Assembly: GCA_964628235.1 (NCBI GenBank)
Contig: CAZVLU010000005.1
Span: forward strand, 16,296 to 80,295
Length of the DNA stretch: 64,000 bases
Direction of reading: 5' to 3'
Source: an uncultured Rhizobium sp.
Lineage (GTDB): Bacteria; Pseudomonadota; Alphaproteobacteria; SMXQ01
The notes under the pieces are model-generated. The model worked only from the letters and a program-made list of their open reading frames with translations. It had not been told where the DNA came from and ran no database searches. Below, piece after piece: positions 30,993-39,602 of the stretch (the stretch's first letter is position 1; each line of letters begins with the position of its first letter). The translations under genes and the position numbers were made by a program.

Positions 30993-31365
30993 TGTCGCCA
31001 CGGCGCGTTGCGCGCCCATTTCGGAAGCCGCGGAAGAGCGGATGCAGACCACAGGCCCGATCGAGGCGCCGGCCGCGGCGATATGCCGGACGGCGCACGA
31101 GCTGGTCGGCGGCGATCGCGCCCGAACGCACGGTGACAAGGTCGAGAACCATGCCAACATCGCGCGGCTCTGGAACGCCTACCTCGTCAACAAGCACCCC
31201 TCGGCGCCGCCGCACGTCCCTGTCATAGAGCCGCGCGACGTCGCGCTCATGATGGCGCTCCTCAAGGTCGCGCGCACGCAGCACGGCGCTTTCAACCTTG
31301 ACGATTACATCGACTTGGCGGGCTACGCCGGGGTCGCCGGAGAGATCGCTCAAAAAACTCGTTGA
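30979..31365 (+). CDS. conserved phage hypothetical protein
   Basis: GDKVENHANIARLWNAYL...DVALMMALLKVAR...DDYIDLAGYAG; family not confidently named. Confidence 0.45.
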   Translation: MSSGNVATARCAPISEAAEERMQTTGPIEAPAAAICRTAHELVGGDRARTHGDKVENHANIARLWNAYLVNKHPSAPPHVPVIEPRDVALMMALLKVARTQHGAFNLDDYIDLAGYAGVAGEIAQKTR

Positions 31366-31464
31366 CGTTGTATGTCGGTTGTATGATGCTGACAGACACC
31401 GCCAGACGTTTTGTTCCTGCTTTCACGCTTTCCGGCTCTACCGAGGCCCACCTTGCCCGCACCA

Positions 31465-32823
31465 ATGCCGCACCAGATCGTAGGCGCCCGCTTTCTTGCA
31501 GACCGCCCCGCGGCGCTGCTCGCAGACGAACAGCGCGTCGGCAAAACAGCGGCCGCGATAATTGCGGCGGACTACATCTTCGCCGGCAGCATTCTCGTCG
31601 TCACCAAGGGCTCGGCGCGGGCCAATTGGGGCCGCGAGGTCCGCGAGTGGCAGTCCCTCCCCCGCTCCGTTCAGGTGCTCTACGCAGGCCACGAGAAGAT
31701 AACCGACGCGGCGGTCGTGGTCGTCGGGTGGGGCATGGTCTACGACAAGCGCGTGCTCAAAGCGCTTCTGGCGCGCAATTGGGACGTGCTCATTCTCGAC
31801 GAGAGCCACGAGGCCAAGAACCCCGAGGCAAAGCGAACGAAGGCCGTCTACGGCTCGACCCTGGCGCCGAATCTCCCGCACGCGCCGAAGGGCCTTATCG
31901 AGCGCGCCGGGCATACCTGGTCGCTGTCCGGCACGCCGGTTCCGAACGCCCCGAACGACCTCTTCCCGATGCTGCGCGCGATGGCGCCGGCACGGTTGGC
32001 CGCCGACGAGGCGAAAAACTGGCCCGACGTCTCGACCTACGACCGTTTCGTAAAGCGCTTTTGCGTCGTCCGACCGAAATTCATCAACGGCCGGCGTATC
32101 GACGTCATCGTCGCGGGGAAAAACCTCGAAGAATTGAACGCCCGCCTGGAGGGGTTTTGGCTCCGCCGCACGCAGCAGGACGTCGGCATCGGCAAGCCGC
32201 TGTTCAGCCTCTTCACAGTCACGGCCGGCGACTACGGCAGCGACGCGCTGAAAGAAGCGCTTGAGGAGATCGGGCCGCGTGCGGCCGCCATCCTCGAAGC
32301 GGCCGAGACTGGCTCGCGCCTGGACGCCGAAGATGAAATGCACCTCGGCACTTTGCGGCGCGTCACTGGCGAGATCAAAGCTCACGCGGTCGTCGAGGCG
32401 ATCAAAGACGAGCTGGACGACGGTCTCGATCGCATTGTCCTCATGGCCTGGCACACGAACGTCATCGAAACGCTGCGCGAGGGGCTTCAAGCCTATGGCG
32501 TCGTCGTTCTCGACGGCCGCACGCTGCCGACGAAACGACAGACGCCCGTCGATATGTTCACGAGCGGCCTCTCGCGCGTTTTCATCGGCCAAATCCAAGC
32601 CGCCGGCGAGGCGATAGACCTCTCCGCAAGCTGCAACCTCATGTTCGTCGAGCCTTCCTTCATCCCGAAGGACATGAGCCAGGCCGCGCTACGGATCACC
32701 AATCACACGCAGAAGCGCCAGGCTCTCGTCCGCGTCTGCGCGCTCGAAGGCAGCATCGACGAGGCTCTAATGCGGATTCTCACCCGCAAAGTTTCCACCA
32801 TTAAACAGATCATGGAGAGTTAG
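31465..32823 (+). CDS. SNF2-family DEAD/DEAH-box helicase
   Basis: MPHQIVGARFL; Walker A DEQRVGKTAAAI; DESH box VLILDESHEAKNP; C-terminal helicase domain. Confidence 0.85.
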   Translation: MPHQIVGARFLADRPAALLADEQRVGKTAAAIIAADYIFAGSILVVTKGSARANWGREVREWQSLPRSVQVLYAGHEKITDAAVVVVGWGMVYDKRVLKALLARNWDVLILDESHEAKNPEAKRTKAVYGSTLAPNLPHAPKGLIERAGHTWSLSGTPVPNAPNDLFPMLRAMAPARLAADEAKNWPDVSTYDRFVKRFCVVRPKFINGRRIDVIVAGKNLEELNARLEGFWLRRTQQDVGIGKPLFSLFTVTAGDYGSDALKEALEEIGPRAAAILEAAETGSRLDAEDEMHLGTLRRVTGEIKAHAVVEAIKDELDDGLDRIVLMAWHTNVIETLREGLQAYGVVVLDGRTLPTKRQTPVDMFTSGLSRVFIGQIQAAGEAIDLSASCNLMFVEPSFIPKDMSQAALRITNHTQKRQALVRVCALEGSIDEALMRILTRKVSTIKQIMES

Positions 32824-32824
32824 A

Positions 32825-33475
32825 ATGACGACCCGAATCGAGATTTACGGCGAGAACGCGGCCGAAGCCCTCGCCGAGCTGCGCGGGCTCTCGGCTGGCC
32901 TGTTTGTCGGCGGCGAGCTTTCCGCCGCGCTTGACGCGCGCACCAGCGGCGCCGGGAAGCCCACAGCCCCTTTGCAGGCGGCCGCTGCTCCTGCGGCAGC
33001 GGCGAGCGAGCCGTCCCCGTTGGCGTTGGCGGCGAGCGCTGGTGCTGCTCCTTCTGCATCCCCTTCTGACGCGACGAAGCCGAAGGCCGAGACCGCCAAG
33101 GAACGCAAGGCGCGCGAAGCGGCCGAGAAGAAGGACCGCGAGGCCCGCCAAATCAGCGACAACCCGGAAAACCGCGCCAATCCGGCCGACGAGGCGCAAG
33201 ACGCCGAAGACGACACGGCGGCGGGCGAGGCCGTGACCGGCAGCGAGTCGAAGCTCACGCATGACGACGTGCGCAACGCGCTCGGCGGCTACGTCAAGAA
33301 ATACGGCATGGAAATGGCGCAGGTCGACGGGCCGGCGACCATCGAGCGCCGCTTCGGAAAGGGCAAGGTCAAGGTGAGCGACATTCCCGACACGCAGGAA
33401 GATCTCGCCCAGGCCGTCGCCGACGTCCACGAGATGATCGCCAAGAACCCGTATAAGCGCACGGCGGTTGCGTGA
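32825..33475 (+). CDS. hypothetical phage protein (Ala/Lys-rich, low complexity)
   Basis: 216 aa ORF immediately after helicase stop. Confidence 0.45.
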   Translation: MTTRIEIYGENAAEALAELRGLSAGLFVGGELSAALDARTSGAGKPTAPLQAAAAPAAAASEPSPLALAASAGAAPSASPSDATKPKAETAKERKAREAAEKKDREARQISDNPENRANPADEAQDAEDDTAAGEAVTGSESKLTHDDVRNALGGYVKKYGMEMAQVDGPATIERRFGKGKVKVSDIPDTQEDLAQAVADVHEMIAKNPYKRTAVA

Positions 33476-33684
33476 TGGAGGCGGGCTACATCGCCCGGCT
33501 GAAAGGCCGGATGGAGCGCTACAAGGAGGCGCGGCGTAAAGCCCGCCTCTACCGCCGCGAATCGTCGCGCTCGAAATATCTGCCGCACCAAAGCGACAGA
33601 GAGACCGCGCGTCGCCGTCGGCAAATCGCCGCCGGGCAGCTTCGCGAACAAAACGGCCTGGTGCGGGGGGTGTCTCTTGACTGA
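33472..33684 (+). CDS. hypothetical small basic protein
   Basis: 70 aa, ATGA-type overlap with upstream stop. Confidence 0.3.
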   Translation: MMEAGYIARLKGRMERYKEARRKARLYRRESSRSKYLPHQSDRETARRRRQIAAGQLREQNGLVRGVSLD

Positions 33685-33874
33685 CGAAAAGCTCGTCGAC
33701 GCCTTGGAGGCGACCTCGAACATGCTCTACGGCATGGCCGCGACCGAAAAGATGTCCGGCAAGCTGCGGAGCACCATGCGGCTGCAAGCGCAGAAGCTCG
33801 AATGCATCGTTGCCGACGCGCGCAACGCGCCGCCTGACGACGAGCCCGTGAATGGTGCGACCTATGAGCACTAG
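33677..33874 (+). CDS. hypothetical small protein
   Basis: 65 aa, coupled to neighbours. Confidence 0.3.
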   Translation: MTDEKLVDALEATSNMLYGMAATEKMSGKLRSTMRLQAQKLECIVADARNAPPDDEPVNGATYEH

Positions 33875-35147
33875 GCAGGTCGACCCCTCCCCGCACGCGA
33901 CATGGGCCGCGTCGTCGACAGCCCGCAATTGGGCCTGCTCGGGCGCGCTCGCGTTGGGGGCGAAGATCCCCGAGCCGCCGACCAATTTCGCGGCTGCCTG
34001 GGGGACGGCGTGTCACACCGTCAGCGAGGAGAGCCTTCGCAACAAAACCGACCCGAACGTCTTTCTCGACGAGGTGCTTGAAGTCGAGACGCACAAAATC
34101 GAGGTCGACGAGGAGCTTGTCGAAACGGCCCGCGAATACATCGACTATGTTCGCGACCGTCTCGCCGCCTACAAAGCCGAGACGGGGCTCGACGACGCCG
34201 TGCTCTACGTCGAGCAGTATTTCTCGCTCAAAAAGCTCAACCCGCCCTTCGACGCCGGCGGCACGGGCGACGCCGTGCTGTGGTTTCCTGCCTGGCGCCT
34301 GCTCGAAGTCGTCGACCTCAAGGGCGGCCGCGGCGTCGTCGTCGAGGCGCACGGTAACAAGCAGGCCCGCACCTACGGTCTCGGCTCCGTCCTGACCAAT
34401 CCGGGCCTCGACATCGAGCGCGTCATGTCGACGATCGTTCAGCCACGCGCCGGGCACAAAGACGGTCGAATCCGCTCCGAAACATACCATGTCGCCGACC
34501 TCATGGAGTGGACGTCCGAGCTTGTCGCCCGCATGGCGCGCGCCAAGCGCGCCAGCGACGAATACGAGAAAATCACGGGCGACGTCTCGCGCGAAGCCTG
34601 GGGTGACGAATTTCTCGAAGCCGGCGAGCATTGCCGCTTCTGCAAGGCAATGGCGATCTGTCCGGCGATCGAAAAGAAAGCGATGGCATCGGCCGGTTTG
34701 TGGTTCGACGACCTCGACCAGCCGAAGCTGAAAAATACGCCCGACGAGCTGGACCCGGTCAAGCTGGCCCAAAAGCTCGACGCGGCCGATCTGGTGCAGG
34801 ATTTCTTTAACGCCTGCCGGGCGATGGCGCATCGCATGGCGGACAGCGGCGTCGAGATCCCCGGCTACCAGCTCGTCGAGAAGATCGGCAACCGCAAGTG
34901 GAAGGGCGAAGACGACCAGATCCGCGAAAATCTGTTCCTCAAGCTCGACCTCACCGACGACGAAATTTTTGCCCGGAAGCTGCGGAGCCCGGCGCAGATC
35001 GAGAAGGTGCTCGGCGCCAAACGCAAGAACCTGATCGCCGACCTCGTACACCGCGAGGTGACGGGCACGAATCTCGTGCGCGTCGACAAGACGACCCGGC
35101 CGGCCGTGGCGGCCGCCGTCAACAAGCATTTCACGCCAATCGACTAG
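33864..35147 (+). CDS. DUF2800-type PD-(D/E)XK (Cas4-like) phage exonuclease
   Basis: N-terminal WAASSTARNWACSGALAL; C-terminal Cys cluster EHCRFCKAMAICP; classic partner of DUF2815. Confidence 0.75.
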   Translation: MSTRQVDPSPHATWAASSTARNWACSGALALGAKIPEPPTNFAAAWGTACHTVSEESLRNKTDPNVFLDEVLEVETHKIEVDEELVETAREYIDYVRDRLAAYKAETGLDDAVLYVEQYFSLKKLNPPFDAGGTGDAVLWFPAWRLLEVVDLKGGRGVVVEAHGNKQARTYGLGSVLTNPGLDIERVMSTIVQPRAGHKDGRIRSETYHVADLMEWTSELVARMARAKRASDEYEKITGDVSREAWGDEFLEAGEHCRFCKAMAICPAIEKKAMASAGLWFDDLDQPKLKNTPDELDPVKLAQKLDAADLVQDFFNACRAMAHRMADSGVEIPGYQLVEKIGNRKWKGEDDQIRENLFLKLDLTDDEIFARKLRSPAQIEKVLGAKRKNLIADLVHREVTGTNLVRVDKTTRPAVAAAVNKHFTPID

Positions 35148-35160
35148 AAGGAGAAAGCCT

Positions 35161-35781
35161 ATGGCCTCGCGTTCCGAAGACCTCAAGACGTGCCTTGTCC
35201 GCGCCGCTTTCACGCAGGGTTTGTTCGAGCTGCAAACCACGCAGAACGGCAAGAAGCAATGGGGCTGCTCGCTGCTCTTTCCCAAGGGCACCGACATGAC
35301 GCCCTACGAGAATGCCGCTCTGGAGGCCGCCAAGGCCGAGTGGGGCGACAAGGCCGTGCAGCTCATCAAGGACGGCCTGGTGCATAACCCGTTCCTCGAC
35401 GGCGACGGGCCGCAGGGCAAGAGCAAGAAGACCGGCGAGCCGCACGCGGGCTTCCCCGGCACCGTGTTTCTGCGCGTGATTTCCGGCGAAGACTACCGCC
35501 CGAAACTCGTCAACAAGAAGGTGCTGCCGATCACCGGCAAGGACGAGCTTTATTCCGGCTGCTACGTCTACGCCGTCATCAACGCTTTCACCTGGGAGAA
35601 CAAGGAGAAGGGCAAGGGCATCAGCTTCGGCGTGTCGATGATCCAGTTCGCCAAGGATGGCGAACGGCTCGGTGGCAGCGGCGGAGGCGATCCCGAGGAC
35701 CACTTCGAGAAGATCGAAGACGAAGGCGAAGCCCCCGCCGCGACCAAGACGGGCAAGGGCGCCGGCGGCCTCTTCGGCTAA
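35161..35781 (+). CDS. DUF2815 phage ssDNA-binding protein
   Basis: 206 aa; RLIFPKG-like LLFPKGTDMTPYE...SGCYVYAVINAFTWEN. Confidence 0.75.
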   Translation: MASRSEDLKTCLVRAAFTQGLFELQTTQNGKKQWGCSLLFPKGTDMTPYENAALEAAKAEWGDKAVQLIKDGLVHNPFLDGDGPQGKSKKTGEPHAGFPGTVFLRVISGEDYRPKLVNKKVLPITGKDELYSGCYVYAVINAFTWENKEKGKGISFGVSMIQFAKDGERLGGSGGGDPEDHFEKIEDEGEAPAATKTGKGAGGLFG

Positions 35782-35866
35782 CTGCGCCTGGAGTGTCTGA
35801 TAAATCTTGCCGGCGGCATACAAAGCCGCCGGCAGGGCAACCCTCAAAATGCACAGGAGAATTTCT

Positions 35867-36199
35867 ATGGACAACAGCCACGGCGCCGACGCCGCCATTT
35901 ACAAGCAAGGCCCCCGCCAAGGCGTCTACGCCTCCGAGCCGGCCTTACAAGCCGGTAGCGCACGCCGCACGCCGTTCCATGCGCTCCATGACGTCATGGA
36001 ACGGCTCGACCAAGTCGAAAGCCGTCTGCTCACCATCGCTGCGCGGCTCGCGGGCACGTTCCCCTTGCCGGCGCTCGACGAACCGAAAGCCAGCGGCGAC
36101 GGCATCTTCCACGCGCTCGAAGTCGGCGCGCAGACCGCCTCCAGCCGTCTCGATCGCATGAACGGCGCCATGTCCGTCATCGAGAGCAACCTCCCGTAA
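35867..36199 (+). CDS. hypothetical phage protein
   Basis: RBS aggag; 110 aa. Confidence 0.4.
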   Translation: MDNSHGADAAIYKQGPRQGVYASEPALQAGSARRTPFHALHDVMERLDQVESRLLTIAARLAGTFPLPALDEPKASGDGIFHALEVGAQTASSRLDRMNGAMSVIESNLP

Positions 36200-36263
36200 G
36201 ACCACGAAACGGCGGCCCGCCTCGGCCGCCGTTTTTCCTCCCTACAGCACACAGGAAACCATC

Positions 36264-36995
36264 ATGGAATTGACCCCGAACGATGTCCGCTTCGTCGTGC
36301 AGCGTCTCCCGCGCGACGTTCGCGACATGCTGTCGCACCACCCCCGCAGGCTCTATGTCGGAGGCGGTTTCGTCCGCGCTGTCGTCGCCGGCGAGACGCC
36401 CAACGACATCGACGTTTTCGGCCCGAGCGCCGAATATCTCGAAAACGTCGCGAACCTGCTCGCCGCCAATCGGCCAGGCTCGAAGCTGCACAAATCGAAA
36501 AACGCGATCACCCTGCTCACGCCCGAGCGCATGGCGGTCCAATTCATCACGCGCTGGACCTTCGAGAAGCCGCGCGACGTCATCCGCTCCTTCGACTTCA
36601 CCGTCTGTCAAGCGGCCGTCTGGCGCGCCGGCAGCCAGTCCAACGCGAAGTGGGAGTCGGAAGTCGGCCCCGACTTCTATGTCGACCTGGCCGGACGGCG
36701 GCTCGTCTACACGAGCCCGATCCGCGAGGAGGAGCCGGGCGGCTCCATGCTGCGCGTCATCAAATACGTCAAACGCGGCTACTCGATCCAGGTCGCCAGC
36801 CTCGGCGCCGTGATCGCCCGCCTCACGAGCAAGGTCCGTGACAGTCACCTCGCCGGCGACGAGGCCGGCGCGGCCCTCTGCATCGCCGGGCTTCTACGCG
36901 AGGTCGACCCGCTCTTCGTGATCGACGGTTTCGAGATCGTCGACGACCACGCGCCGATCGAAGGCGACGTGCAGGAGGGCCTTGCCAATGGTTAA
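36264..36995 (+). CDS. Pol-beta superfamily nucleotidyltransferase (CCA-adding/poly(A) polymerase head-like)
   Basis: GGGFVRAVVAGETPNDIDVFG matches GGxVRDxLLG...DIDI motif of the PolyA_pol/CCA-enzyme head domain. Confidence 0.5.
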   Translation: MELTPNDVRFVVQRLPRDVRDMLSHHPRRLYVGGGFVRAVVAGETPNDIDVFGPSAEYLENVANLLAANRPGSKLHKSKNAITLLTPERMAVQFITRWTFEKPRDVIRSFDFTVCQAAVWRAGSQSNAKWESEVGPDFYVDLAGRRLVYTSPIREEEPGGSMLRVIKYVKRGYSIQVASLGAVIARLTSKVRDSHLAGDEAGAALCIAGLLREVDPLFVIDGFEIVDDHAPIEGDVQEGLANG

Positions 36996-37284
36996 GCCCT
37001 CGGCGACGAGCGACGGAAAGCCCCGTCCGAACACTGGCGGCGTTGCCGCCGACCAGCTTCGCAGCTTCATCGAGCGCGTCGAGCGCTTGGCCGAAGAGAA
37101 GGCGACGCTCACCGAAGACATTCGCGAGGTCTTCGCCGAAGCCAAAATGACCGGCTTCGACACGAAGGCCATGCGTCAGCTCATCAAGCTCCGCAAGATG
37201 GAAAGCGCCAGCCGCGAGGAGCAGGCCGAAATCCTGAAACTCTACGCCCACGCGCTCGGCATGGACGAAGGAGTTTTCCTTTGA
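36988..37284 (+). CDS. GapR/DUF2312-family DNA-binding protein
   Basis: QLRSFIERVERLAEEKATLTEDIREVFAEAKMTGFDTKAMRQLIKLRKM...EILKLYAHALGM. Confidence 0.8.
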   Translation: MVKPSATSDGKPRPNTGGVAADQLRSFIERVERLAEEKATLTEDIREVFAEAKMTGFDTKAMRQLIKLRKMESASREEQAEILKLYAHALGMDEGVFL

Positions 37285-37652
37285 GCGCCGCGGGCTGGAT
37301 CGGCGTCGACCTCGACGGCACGCTCGCCATGTACGACCACTGGCGCGGGCCGGATCATATCGGCGAACCGATCCCCGCAATGGTCGAGCGCGTCAAAAGA
37401 TGGCTCGCCGAAGGCGTCGAAGTGCGGATCTTCACCGCGCGCGTCTCTGACGATGGCACGCCGGAACGGATGGCCGACGCAATGGTCGCGCGCAACGCCG
37501 TGAAAGCTTGGTGCGCGAAGCACCTCGGGCGCGTCGTCCCCGTAACCAACATCAAAGACTACGCGATGTTGGAGCTTTGGGACGACCGCGCGGTTCAGGT
37601 CGTCATGAACACCGGGGCTCCGGTCGGCGTGTCGACGCGAGGTCTGTCATGA
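37281..37652 (+). CDS. HAD-superfamily phosphatase-like protein
   Basis: HAD motif I GVDLDGTLA; RIFTAR; small (123 aa). Confidence 0.45.
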   Translation: MSAAGWIGVDLDGTLAMYDHWRGPDHIGEPIPAMVERVKRWLAEGVEVRIFTARVSDDGTPERMADAMVARNAVKAWCAKHLGRVVPVTNIKDYAMLELWDDRAVQVVMNTGAPVGVSTRGLS

Positions 37653-37915
37653 GCGGGCAAACGCTCGATGGGCTATTCGCCGACATGGCGGCGAACGGGC
37701 TCCAACTCGTCGGCTTGAACGAGCTGGACAACGGCCAGTGGCACGCCGCCTTGAAAGAAAAAGGCAGCGACTACAGCAAGCTCGACGGCTTCGACCACCA
37801 ACGCGGCAAAACCGCTGTGGAAGCCGTCGCGCGGGCTCTCAAAGAGGCCGGAACCGCACGCGCCGAGCGCGCCCCGGCGCCGCCGGCCAAAGCAAGCGCG
37901 GGCGTCTTTGACTAA
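37649..37915 (+). CDS. hypothetical phage protein
   Basis: 88 aa; ATGA overlap with upstream stop. Confidence 0.35.
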   Translation: MSGQTLDGLFADMAANGLQLVGLNELDNGQWHAALKEKGSDYSKLDGFDHQRGKTAVEAVARALKEAGTARAERAPAPPAKASAGVFD

Positions 37916-38247
37916 TGCCTGTCTCGGCTCGGATCATGCGGGCGCGCGGCCTTGCCTGCCCCTACTGCGGGCAGCGGATGGACGGGCGCAAGCGCAAGCA
38001 CCGCAACAGTCCGAGCCGAGATCACGTCTACCCGAGGAGCAAAGGCGGCCGCCGAACAATTATCGTCTGCAACGGTTGCAACAGCGACAAAGGCAACCTG
38101 ACGCTCGACGAGTGGGCGCTGATCCTCCTGCGGCGTCGAGATCGCCGCGCTCAATTCGTCATGTTCATAGCGCGCGGCCTGACCGACGGCCGGTTGCGTC
38201 TCACGACCGGAAATGTCATCGGCCTCGCCGACGGGGTGTTCGCATGA
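37915..38247 (+). CDS. HNH endonuclease
   Basis: CPYCG...RDHVYPRSKGG...CNGCNSDKGN. Confidence 0.75.
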   Translation: MPVSARIMRARGLACPYCGQRMDGRKRKHRNSPSRDHVYPRSKGGRRTIIVCNGCNSDKGNLTLDEWALILLRRRDRRAQFVMFIARGLTDGRLRLTTGNVIGLADGVFA

Positions 38248-38690
38248 TCCTCGGCAGAGACGAACGCGGCCGTTTCCTGGGGCGTTGGACGAACGACCCG
38301 TTCGACCCGCGCGGCTGGCCGCCCGACGAGGAATGCCGGATCTGGCTCGACCCGGAAAACGGCATCTTCTGCGTCGTCGACGAGGTCGATTTTCAATGGG
38401 CGCTGCAATGGGCCTGGAGCGCGACGCCGAACAGCACGCGCCTCAAGTGGTATGCGACGCGCTCGACCCGCCTCCGCGGCTCTGACGGCCCCCAGGTCAA
38501 AGTCTACCTGCACAAAGAAATTCTGCTCCGCCATGCCGGGCCGGCGCCGAGCGAGAAACATATCATCGGCGATCACCTCGACGGCGACAGTTTGAACGAC
38601 CGTCGCGGCAACCTGCGATGGGCGACGCCAAAAGAGAACCGCCACAACCGGGGCGGCGCGTATCTGCGCCAGCTTCAAATGAGGGTCTGA
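38244..38690 (+). CDS. HNH (HNH_3-type) homing endonuclease
   Basis: VYLHKEILLR...IIGDHLDGDSLNDRRGNLRWATPKENRHN. Confidence 0.7.
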   Translation: MILGRDERGRFLGRWTNDPFDPRGWPPDEECRIWLDPENGIFCVVDEVDFQWALQWAWSATPNSTRLKWYATRSTRLRGSDGPQVKVYLHKEILLRHAGPAPSEKHIIGDHLDGDSLNDRRGNLRWATPKENRHNRGGAYLRQLQMRV

Positions 38691-38692
38691 CC

Positions 38693-38905
38693 ATGAGCCA
38701 ATCGCGAAAATACTCGTTTTTCGAGAGCCTTATAAACGTCGCGATCGGCTACGGCGTAGCGCTCGCCTCGCAGCTCCTCGTTTTCCCGCTCTTCGGAATC
38801 AATATCCCGCTGGCGAGCAACATCGCCATCGGGGTCATTTTCACCTTTATCAGCATCGGCCGGAGCTATTGCCTGCGCCGGCTCTTCAATTGGATCGGTC
38901 GCTAA
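38693..38905 (+). CDS. small two-TM membrane protein
   Basis: 70 aa MSQSRKYSFFESLINVAIGYGVALASQLLVFPLFG... Confidence 0.4.
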   Translation: MSQSRKYSFFESLINVAIGYGVALASQLLVFPLFGINIPLASNIAIGVIFTFISIGRSYCLRRLFNWIGR

Positions 38906-38906
38906 A

Positions 38907-39602
38907 TTGATCGAAATTCTTCAAGGCGACTGCCTGGCGGAGATGAAAAAGCTTCCCTCCGACAGCGTCGATGTCGTCGCAACAGACCCGCCGTTCTCCA
39001 GCGGAACGCGGAAAGAGGGCGCGAAGGGCCTGCGTAAAAGCATGAGGCGCGGCGTCGCCAGCAATGCTTGGTTCGGCTCCGACAGTCTCACGACAAATGG
39101 CTTTCTTTGGCTCATGCGGTCGTGCGCCGTCGAGTGGCAGAGACTTCTAAAGCCAGGCGGTCACGCGCTTGTTTTTATCGACTGGCGCATGATGTCGGCT
39201 CTTGCCGGCGCGCTAGAAAGCGCCGATCTGCGCCACGCCGGACTCCTCGTATGGGACAAAACCTATTTCGGGATGGGAACTACCTTTAGAAATCAGCATG
39301 AGCTGATCCTACACTTCACGAAAGGCGTCCCGCCGGAGCCTGCGCGGCGCGATGTCGGGAACGTGCTCGCCTTCAAGCCCATACGCAACGGCCTCCACCC
39401 GACGGAAAAGCCGACAGAGCTTTTAGTCGAATTGCTCTCCGTCGTTGCTTTCAAAGGCGCGGTCGTCTTAGACCCCTTCGCCGGCTCCGGCGCTACGCTG
39501 GTCGCAGCGCAGCGTCAAGGTTGCAGCGCCATCGGCATTGAGCGTGAACAGCACTACGTCGACATCATGCGAAAGCGAACCGCAGGAGACGTTTTCGCAT
39601 GA
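38907..39602 (+). CDS. site-specific DNA methyltransferase (N6-adenine/N4-cytosine, beta class)
   Basis: TTG start; GDCL; catalytic DPPF; AdoMet motif DPFAGSGAT. Confidence 0.85.
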   Translation: MIEILQGDCLAEMKKLPSDSVDVVATDPPFSSGTRKEGAKGLRKSMRRGVASNAWFGSDSLTTNGFLWLMRSCAVEWQRLLKPGGHALVFIDWRMMSALAGALESADLRHAGLLVWDKTYFGMGTTFRNQHELILHFTKGVPPEPARRDVGNVLAFKPIRNGLHPTEKPTELLVELLSVVAFKGAVVLDPFAGSGATLVAAQRQGCSAIGIEREQHYVDIMRKRTAGDVFA

